A DNA stretch of 18,348 bases from Pseudomonadota bacterium (GTDB lineage: Bacteria > Bdellovibrionota_B > Oligoflexia > Oligoflexales > CAIYRB01), in contig JANOTL010000044.1 of NCBI GenBank assembly GCA_031416315.1, positions 1 through 18,348 of the forward strand, written 5' to 3'. A program made the position numbers and the translations under genes. The notes under the pieces are model-generated. The model had not been told where the DNA came from. It worked only from the letters and a program-made list of their open reading frames with translations, and searched no databases. This document shows, one piece after another, positions 8,077 to 15,500 of this stretch (the first letter of the stretch is position 1; the number at the start of each line of letters is the position of its first letter).

Positions 8077-8660
8077 TTGACCAAACCCTCCGCTGCGGTG
8101 ACGATTCCGTGCTGCTCGCCGTCTTCCTTGAAGATCGCGACTTCCTCGTCCAAGTTCAGCGCCATGATGGTGGCGCGGCTCGGCGAGGCCGGGTTCTTCG
8201 AATACTTCTTCCAGATTTTCGCCTCGTCGTAGACCGCCGTCGCCTTGGGCGCGTACTTGTCCATGAAGGCTTTGAACTCGCTCGCTTCGTAGTCCTTGAA
8301 GAAGTCGGTCAGGACGACGATGTGGACAATGTCCTTGCCTTTGGCGCTCGCCGACAGCTTGGCTTCGATTTCCCGGGCTTCGTCCTGGCAGGAGAGGCAC
8401 TCGGCTCCGGCGAACTGGAAAATCGCGACCTTTTTGCCGCTGGCCTTCAGGACCTCGAGGAGGGAGACCTGGCTTTTCGCCTTGTAGCCCAGATAGACCA
8501 TTTCCTTGGAGGCTTCGATCTTCGCGACCGCCGGACTGTCCACCGCGCCGACCGCGGGCTCTTGTGCTTGTTGCGCCTTCGGGGCTTGGCTCGCGCAGCC
8601 TTGCAGGTAAAACGACACCAAGGCAACGACGGCAGCAGCTTTGATAGTGCGGGAGAGCAT
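8073..8660 (-). CDS. Thioredoxin-fold (redoxin-like) lipoprotein with CLSC motif (195 aa)
   Basis: Lipobox YLQG-C; GKKVAIFQFAGAECLSC matches a TlpA/AhpC-TSA beta-strand plus CxxC; RBS GGAGG at 8670-8674. Confidence 0.8.
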   Translation of the reverse strand: MLSRTIKAAAVVALVSFYLQGCASQAPKAQQAQEPAVGAVDSPAVAKIEASKEMVYLGYKAKSQVSLLEVLKASGKKVAIFQFAGAECLSCQDEAREIEAKLSASAKGKDIVHIVVLTDFFKDYEASEFKAFMDKYAPKATAVYDEAKIWKKYSKNPASPSRATIMALNLDEEVAIFKEDGEQHGIVTAAEGLVK

Positions 8661-8698
8661 CTGGGAGAACCTCCGGTCGGATCGTTTGGGGAGATTGG

Positions 8699-8714
8699 AG
8701 CAAGCTTCATTCCA
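8699..8714 (-). promoter_or_regulatory. Sigma54 (-24/-12)-like promoter of the redoxin/DUF4266/beta-barrel operon
   Basis: Minus strand TGGAAT-GAAGC-TTGCT, an exact GG-N10-GC; predicted TSS about 8688, just upstream of the RBS. Confidence 0.6.
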
Positions 8715-8733
8715 CCCGCGTCAGCCTCCCTGA

Positions 8734-8756
8734 AATCAAGTAAATTCAACAGGTTA
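8734..8756. promoter_or_regulatory. AT-rich IHF-like binding site(s)
   Basis: ATTCAACAGGTTA (8744-8756; 1 mismatch to WATCAANNNNTTR) and AATCAAGTAAATT (8734-8746; 2 mismatches), just upstream of the sigma54-like promoter. Confidence 0.4.
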
Positions 8757-8800
8757 CTATTCTATCGCCCGCCGGGGAACTGCCTACGCTTTAGGCGACC

Positions 8801-8828
8801 CTAAGAACCCTGGCAGCCCAGCCGATAC
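8801..8828 (+). promoter_or_regulatory. Sigma28 (FliA/SigD)-like promoter of the receiver-TPR gene
   Basis: CTAAG (8801-8805) - 15 nt - GCCGATAC (8821-8828), ending 38 nt before ATG 8867. Confidence 0.65.
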
Positions 8829-8866
8829 CTGGTGCGGCCCCGTCTTGCCCGGAGCGACACGCTACG

Positions 8867-11041
8867 ATGAGCCGCTTTACCGACAAAAAATCGAAGGTTC
8901 TCGTCATTGATCCGTCCGGCCCCGTTCGTCAGATGATGACGGATGTGGTGCGGACCGCCCTCGGCTTCGAGAACGTCGAAGGCAAAGCCTCGGTGCAAGA
9001 TGCGCTCAGCTATCTGGAAGCCGAGCCGGACAATGCCTTTTGGATCATCGCGCCTTTGGCAGCCGACCAACCTGCCAACGCGTTGCACCTGCTGCGCATT
9101 TGTTCCGAGCAACCGACGCTGAAGCACATCCGCGTGTCGCTGATGCTAGATGACAGCGAGAGCTACGTGATTCCCGCGGCTTTCGAGATGGGTCTCCTCT
9201 CGTATCACGCCAAGCCCTTCACGAAAGACTCGCTCACCGAAGAGCTGACCGAGCTGCTGAAGACACTCGAAAACGTCAAGTATCACGAGCCGCTCGCGGC
9301 CGCGCACTATCTGCGCAATTACCTGCGCTCGACCCAGCGCTATAAGCTCCAAGAGGCCCTGGAACGCTCGCTCCTCGAGTTGTTCCCCGGCGATCCCGAG
9401 ATTCTCCTGAATCTCGTCGAGCCGCAGTTCCACCTCGACAAGAAGGACGAGGCCCGGAAGATCCTGCAGCAGGTGAAGACCCTCGACCGCTCGCTCGCCG
9501 CCAAAGCCGACGGGATCTCGAAGGCCCTCTTCGGCGCCGTCCTTCCGGCCACGACCGAAGGCGGTGGCGTCGACGTCCTCGGCATCAAGACCGTCGTTCT
9601 CGTCGATACCGACGAATCCGTGCGCAAGCAGCTCGAGAATATTCTGAAGGAGCTCGGCGTCGCCGACATCCAAGGCTTCGGCGACGGCGAAGCCGCCTGG
9701 GCCCACATCGACGCCCACTCCGAGCCCGACCTCATCATGATGGAATGGCGCATCCCGAAGCTCTCGGGTCCGCTCCTCGTCCAACGCATCCGCGCCAAGA
9801 ACTTCCGCGCCGTCCCGATCGTCGTCGTGAGCTCGCTCCTCAAAGCCGACGACATGCCGTTCGCGCGCGAGATGAGCATCGCCAACATCGTCGCCAAGCC
9901 CCTGAACAGAGACCTGCTGATCCCCGCCGTCATTTGGACCATGCAGCAGGAGCGCCTGCCCACGGAGCATCAGGTGCTGGAACGTAAGCTCTCGATGCTC
10001 CTCGCTGCGAACAAAGTCGCCGAAGCCGAGCCGTTGCGAGCCCAGCTCCTCGGCGACCCCCAGGTTCCGATCGGAAAAAAGCGTCTGGTAGAGGCGAAGT
10101 TCGCCTTCGCCCAGGCTCACTACACGCTTGCGCGCGACTACGCGGTCGACTCGCTCAAGCACTCCGGCGACAGCACGATCTGCCTCAACCTCCTCGGCAA
10201 GTGCCTCATGTTCCTCAAAAATCACGAGGCCGCGCTCAAGTGCTTCAAGAAGGCCCAAGAGCTCTCACCGCACAACATCGAGCGACTGTGCTCGATCGCC
10301 GAAGCGGAGACCGAGCTTGGCCGCCACGAGCACGCGGAAGACGCCCTCGAGCACGCGAAAGCCCTCGATCCGGACAGCAAGACGGTCAAGGAAGCCGAGG
10401 TCAAGGTCGCGATCGCCAAAGGCGACACCGCCGCGGCGCAAGCGTTGATGGGTGAGATGGAGTCCCTGAACGATCTCGTCGCCTACATGAACAACAAGGC
10501 CGTCGCCTTTGCCCGCTGCGGCCACACGCAAGACGCCACGGATCTCTACAGAAAAACCGTGCTCTCGATTCCGGTCGCACGCCCTGAGATTCGCGCCATC
10601 GTTCAGTACAACCTCGCCCTCTCCTTCGCGCGCTCTAGCGAGCTCGAGCTCGCCGTAAAGGAGCTCGAGGAGGTCCTGAAGCACAAGGAAAGCAAAGTCA
10701 CGAAGAAGGCCGCCTCACTGCACGCGCGTCTCAAATCCGCGCTCGAGAAAAACACCGAGTTCAAGATGATCGGCGAGGAATCGGCGTCGAAGCCGACGGC
10801 GGACCAGGCCAACGGCGCTGACCCTAACGCCCTATCGTCGCCGAGCGATCACATGAGCCTCATGGCCACGATCGAAGCGCGGCGCGGCGACATCTGCTGC
10901 TTCCTCATTTTTAACGACCCGACGCGTAAGGACGTGCGGATCGAGTCGCTGTTTGCCAAACCGCCGCGCTTCGTGGGCCGGGACGCGATCGCGCGTGAAG
11001 AGTCGATGGGCGTCGAGCGCTTGCACAAAGACGCCGGTTGA
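8867..11041 (+). CDS. Signalling protein with two degenerate receiver (REC) domains and TPR repeats (724 aa)
   Basis: REC1: VLVIDPS...WIIAP...HAKPFT. REC2: VVLVDTD...PDLIMMEWRIPKLSG...PIVVVS...VAKPLN. TPRs such as LNLLGKCLMFLKNHEAALKCFKKAQELSP and QYNLALSFARSSELELAVKELEEVL. Confidence 0.85.
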   Translation: MSRFTDKKSKVLVIDPSGPVRQMMTDVVRTALGFENVEGKASVQDALSYLEAEPDNAFWIIAPLAADQPANALHLLRICSEQPTLKHIRVSLMLDDSESYVIPAAFEMGLLSYHAKPFTKDSLTEELTELLKTLENVKYHEPLAAAHYLRNYLRSTQRYKLQEALERSLLELFPGDPEILLNLVEPQFHLDKKDEARKILQQVKTLDRSLAAKADGISKALFGAVLPATTEGGGVDVLGIKTVVLVDTDESVRKQLENILKELGVADIQGFGDGEAAWAHIDAHSEPDLIMMEWRIPKLSGPLLVQRIRAKNFRAVPIVVVSSLLKADDMPFAREMSIANIVAKPLNRDLLIPAVIWTMQQERLPTEHQVLERKLSMLLAANKVAEAEPLRAQLLGDPQVPIGKKRLVEAKFAFAQAHYTLARDYAVDSLKHSGDSTICLNLLGKCLMFLKNHEAALKCFKKAQELSPHNIERLCSIAEAETELGRHEHAEDALEHAKALDPDSKTVKEAEVKVAIAKGDTAAAQALMGEMESLNDLVAYMNNKAVAFARCGHTQDATDLYRKTVLSIPVARPEIRAIVQYNLALSFARSSELELAVKELEEVLKHKESKVTKKAASLHARLKSALEKNTEFKMIGEESASKPTADQANGADPNALSSPSDHMSLMATIEARRGDICCFLIFNDPTRKDVRIESLFAKPPRFVGRDAIAREESMGVERLHKDAG

Positions 11042-11055
11042 GTCCGAGCGGCGCG

Positions 11056-12564
11056 TCAGCAGGAGCCGTCGATCCAGATCGCGACCCCGCCGGCAGCCGC
11101 CCCGTTTGAGTCGCGATACGTCGCCCGCACGCGGATGTAATAAATTCCTGCCGCACCCGCCTCAGTGTTGATCGCATTCACGAAGATCGCGGCCGGCAGC
11201 GTCAAGGTATGCGAGGCCGCCCCGAGATCTGCCGTACCGAAGCTCACGCGGTAGAGCAGAAGCGCCGGATCCCACTCCAGCCGGCTGTCGACGCCGGACT
11301 CCTGCTCGAATGCCTCGGCGTACTCCGCCGGCAGGTCCGCCAAGGCCGCGGGAAGGCGCAACGGCACTCCGTTCCCGATTCCGAAGTAGTCGAGCGTCAG
11401 CTCCAAGGTGTCGAAGGTGCCGGCCGGAAAGGGCGCCAAGCTCAGATCCTTCGGCGGCTCGAGCGTCATCGCGACGTCGCCCTTGCGACAAAATGGCCGC
11501 GTGAGCCCGTTGGCGACGGTGTCGTTCGCATAGTCGAGCGCGACCGGTACCGCCCCACTGACCGAGACGGCCGTGAGCTTCGGTGGCATGCCGACGGCCG
11601 CGCCGATGCGTCGCGGAACCTGGATCTCGGCCCGACCGTCCTTCGGGGTCAGCTCCAAGACGACGAAGGTGTCGGCGCTCAAAATTCCGCCCGAGAAAAC
11701 GCTCGCCAGGAGCTCTTTGCGATCGGGACGAGTCGTCAGCGTGAAGTTCGACTGCGCCCAAAGCGAGGCACCCCCGTGCGGCTCATCCGCTTCGCCCGCG
11801 ACGCGCGCGCTACGCAGCCAGTCTCCAGCTTCAAGCACCGAGCCACGCGTGAAGCGATCCTCGTACTCGCTCGCGATTCGAAAACCGACGCGCGCGTGCG
11901 AAGCGAGCTCTTCCGCATAAAGGCGCTGATTTTGATCCTTGCGATAGAACGCATGCAGGATCGTCGCCGGATCGAGCACGATGAGCTGACTCCCCGCCGC
12001 CACGACCGAGGCCAAGAATGGGGTCGGTATTGTATTGAAATTACTAGCGTTATCGTTCGCCAAGCCGAAGCCGCCAGCGAGCCTGCCTTGGAGCGCGCCA
12101 TTCGACCGACCGGGCGTCCCGCGCACGTCGAGAGGTACCGTGAGCTTGCCGACGTCGTAACCGATGCCATTCTGATAGGTGAAAGCCAGCTGCTCGCCAG
12201 GGAGCGCGGCCGACATGTCGATATCCGCGACAAGCACGAAGTCGCGCGCGACGTGCATCGTATACACGTCGTTGGCGACGAAGTACGTGATCGGAATGGC
12301 AAAGGTCCCTGCGGCGCCGATGAGGTCGCGCCGGAAGTTGCCGCTGGTATGGTCCAGGGTCCAAAGCTCGTAGCCTTCGGCCGGGTTGCCGTTCCCGAGC
12401 ACGACGGTTCCACTGATCGTCTTGAGCCCCGTGTCGACGACGCCAGTCGTCACAGTTGCAGGGGTCGGTGCCGGCGACGCGACGTCGTCACCCTCCTTCG
12501 AGCAGGAGAAAAAGAGGGCAAATGCGGCACAGCCCGCGAGGGCCGGCACGAGGAGCGCTTTCAT
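11056..12564 (-). CDS. Uncharacterised beta-rich lipoprotein (502 aa), possible N-terminal transthyretin/carboxypeptidase-regulatory-like domain
   Basis: MKALLVPALAGCAAFALFFS-C signal/lipobox; P/T-rich tether; TISGTVVLGNGNPAEG...GTFAI pattern. ATGA overlap with the CHAT gene stop. Confidence 0.75.
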   Translation of the reverse strand: MKALLVPALAGCAAFALFFSCSKEGDDVASPAPTPATVTTGVVDTGLKTISGTVVLGNGNPAEGYELWTLDHTSGNFRRDLIGAAGTFAIPITYFVANDVYTMHVARDFVLVADIDMSAALPGEQLAFTYQNGIGYDVGKLTVPLDVRGTPGRSNGALQGRLAGGFGLANDNASNFNTIPTPFLASVVAAGSQLIVLDPATILHAFYRKDQNQRLYAEELASHARVGFRIASEYEDRFTRGSVLEAGDWLRSARVAGEADEPHGGASLWAQSNFTLTTRPDRKELLASVFSGGILSADTFVVLELTPKDGRAEIQVPRRIGAAVGMPPKLTAVSVSGAVPVALDYANDTVANGLTRPFCRKGDVAMTLEPPKDLSLAPFPAGTFDTLELTLDYFGIGNGVPLRLPAALADLPAEYAEAFEQESGVDSRLEWDPALLLYRVSFGTADLGAASHTLTLPAAIFVNAINTEAGAAGIYYIRVRATYRDSNGAAAGGVAIWIDGSC

Positions 12565-15500
12565 CGGTAGTCTCCGACGACGCGGAATCCGGCCCAGTAC
12601 GCCGGATGCGCGAAGTACTTGCGCACGACCTGCTGCGCGTGGCGCATCGCCTCGGCCTTATCCTGGCCTTCAGACAGGTAGCGGTAGAATCGCTTCATGG
12701 TGACGGCGCTGGCGACGTCGCTGATGCGCCAAAGGGATGAGACGACCGTGTCCGCGCCGGCGAAGAGGAAAGCCCGGTGCATTCCGATCACCTCGTCGCC
12801 GAGCGAAAGGCGGCCCAAGCCCGACTCGCACGCGGAGAGCGTCACGAGGTCGGCTTGAGTCGATAGCCCGAAGATCTCGTTGACGGAAAGGTTTCCGTCC
12901 GCCGACGAGTCTGCGGCCAGGAAGAGGCGCGACTCACCTGGCGACGACGGTCGGAACTCCCCGTGCGAGGCGACGTGCAGCACCTTCAGGTTGGAGGCCT
13001 CGGATTTCAGCTTCGACTCCAGCGCTTGCGCGCCCTCGTGAACCTCGACCTCGGGGAAATAGCGCCCGATGACCGCGGCTTCTTTGCCGGCGAAAGGGAG
13101 GTCTACGCCGCCGTTCTCGTTCTGGGGATTTGCGAACGCGACGACACGAGAGCTGGGTGCAAGCGGCTCGTCCTTAGGGCCTTTGTGATGCGTGAACCGA
13201 GCCATCGTCGCGCTATCTAGGTAGTAGATCGAGAAGCGGTCGACGAGGTTCTCCTTCTCCATCGGCAACGCCGCGAAGGGAAGGAAGTGCAGGCTCGCGT
13301 GCGGGACGATCGCGAGACGCTTGGCGCCGGCAACCAAATCCTTGATCGGATCGATCAAAAAGGTCCCGAGCTCCTTACCCAGGTACTCGGTCGACGAAAA
13401 GTTCTGCATCAAGGTCCGGAAGTCGCGGATCCGTCCGGAGAGGTCCTGACGGGACACGTCGACGCTCGTCGACTTCAGGCGTCCGCCCTGAATCACCCAG
13501 ATGAAGAGCTTTTCCGGCGTCGACGCGTATTGAACCAGCGCCGTATCCGCGGGCAAGAGATTCCCGAGCTCTGACGGCGTGATCGACTCGACGCTTACGA
13601 ATTGCGTGAGCTGAGCATCAGCGGAACGCATTTTTGTAAGTATTTTTTGGTATCGGTCATTTTCGGCGGCGAGCTCTGCCGGCTTGTCTTTGCTCTCAGC
13701 GGCATCGACGGCGGCGCGTTGCTCCTTCTCTTCCGCGATCAACTTAGAGCTCTGTTCGCGCGCGAACTTGATCTTCTGCGTCCCGAGGGAGTCGATGAAG
13801 GCTCGCGACCGAGCGCGCTCCGCCGTCGTCCAGGCGAGCTCGTCCTTATTTTCGGCCATGAGCGCTACGACGTAGGATTCGTAGACTTCCTGGACGCCCA
13901 CGTCCGACATGAAGCCGTTACGAGACTCCTCCGCCTTCAGGCCGGCGCGCAGGCCCTCGATCAAGGCGACAGACTCGGCGAGAAGCTTCGTGCCTTCGGC
14001 CACCTCGCCCGCCTTCATCTTCGCGCGGCCGACGCCGGCCATGGCGCGCCAGATGAAGTCCTGCATGTAGCCTTTGCGGGAGACGTCGAGGGCCTTCGCG
14101 AACATCGCCTCGGCCTCCTTCCACTTCTTCTCCCGCATGTTGATGTCGCCCAAGCCGAAGTAGCAATAAGCGGCGTTGTAGGAGAGCCTCAGCTCTTCGC
14201 TGACTTTCAGGGCCTCGAGCAGCAAGGCACGCGCGCCGTTCAGGTCACCTTTGACCGTGATCGCGAGCGCCAGGTTGCGCTGGTCGAAGGCGATGCCTTC
14301 TCTGGACTTCAGCTCGCGGTCGATGCCGAGCGCGATGTTGAAAAACTCGATCGCCCGGTCTGGGTCGCCGTAGTCACGCGCGTAGTTTCCGTAGTTGTTG
14401 TACTGATCCGCGACCTTCCCGCGGAGATTGAATTCGCTCGCCATCTCGATCGTACGGCGGAAGTCCGCGAACGCCTCCTTCGGATTGCCGAGGCGCGCGG
14501 CGACCTGGGCGCGAACGTCGATGGCATTCACCGTCCACAGCGCTCTTTGCTCCGGCTTCTCGAGTTCCTCGGCCGCCGCGATCGTCGCTGCGGCCGTGTC
14601 TAACGCATCTTGGTAGCTTCCGGCGCGGAAATAGCTTGCCGCAAGCGCCTGGTTGGCGCGCACCCACAGGAACCGCTGCTCCTCGATGTCGATGGCCGGA
14701 ATCACGTCGTTGGTGAGCGATGCGATCGCCGTCTCGAGCTGCCCGATGTCTTTGAGCGTGTTGGCGCGGTCGATGGCGGCGGCGACGTATTCCGTTTTCC
14801 TTCCAAGTTTTTTAAACTCGCCGGCGGCCTGGTCGTAATATTTGAAGGCCTCGCGAAATTCCGAAAGGCGGTTGCGATAGATGGTGCCGATGTCCAAGAG
14901 GCGCATTGCCGCTTGCGCCGGATTCTCTTCTAGAAGAAGCTCGCGCGATTTCTTGAAGGCGGCGATCGTCTCTTCGTATTTCTTCTGCTTCTCGAAGTTG
15001 ATGCCGCGATACTGATAGATGAGGCCGAGCTGAGCGTCGTCCTCCTCTGCGGCGAAGATTTTTTCCGCCTCGTCCAGAAGTCGCGTGGCCTCGTCTGCTT
15101 GCTCGGACCTTACGGCGAGCGTGGCCGCACCGATCAAGGCGCCGCCGTATTCTTCCTTATCGTCGCCCTTCTCCAGGCTCGCCGCGATTTTCTTTTGGTA
15201 ATGCAGAGCCCGTATCGAATTGTTGCCGTCTTTATAGGTCTGGACGAGGGCTTTGAGGGTCTCTACCTGATTATCGTCTTTCAGCAGGGTCTGAAAATAA
15301 TAGACCTTCTTCAGAGCGTTCGCCCGCTCGGCGAGATCCTCCTTGTCCTTGGCTGCTTCCTCCGCCTCTTTCTTTAGCGCTGACAAGTTCGCCTTCGCAT
15401 ACGCGAGCTCCTCGGACGCAGGAATACCCGCGTACCCCAGAACGCGGCCCTTGATTCCCGACAAACGCAATGCGTCGGCGACGTCACGGCCTTCGAGAGC

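Noticed and set aside
8077..8703. 380-aa ORF-track version of the TlpA gene (long N-terminal fusion)
   Set aside because: The extension is an off-frame overlap with the 8073-8660 lipoprotein gene; a signal peptide starts at ATG 8076.
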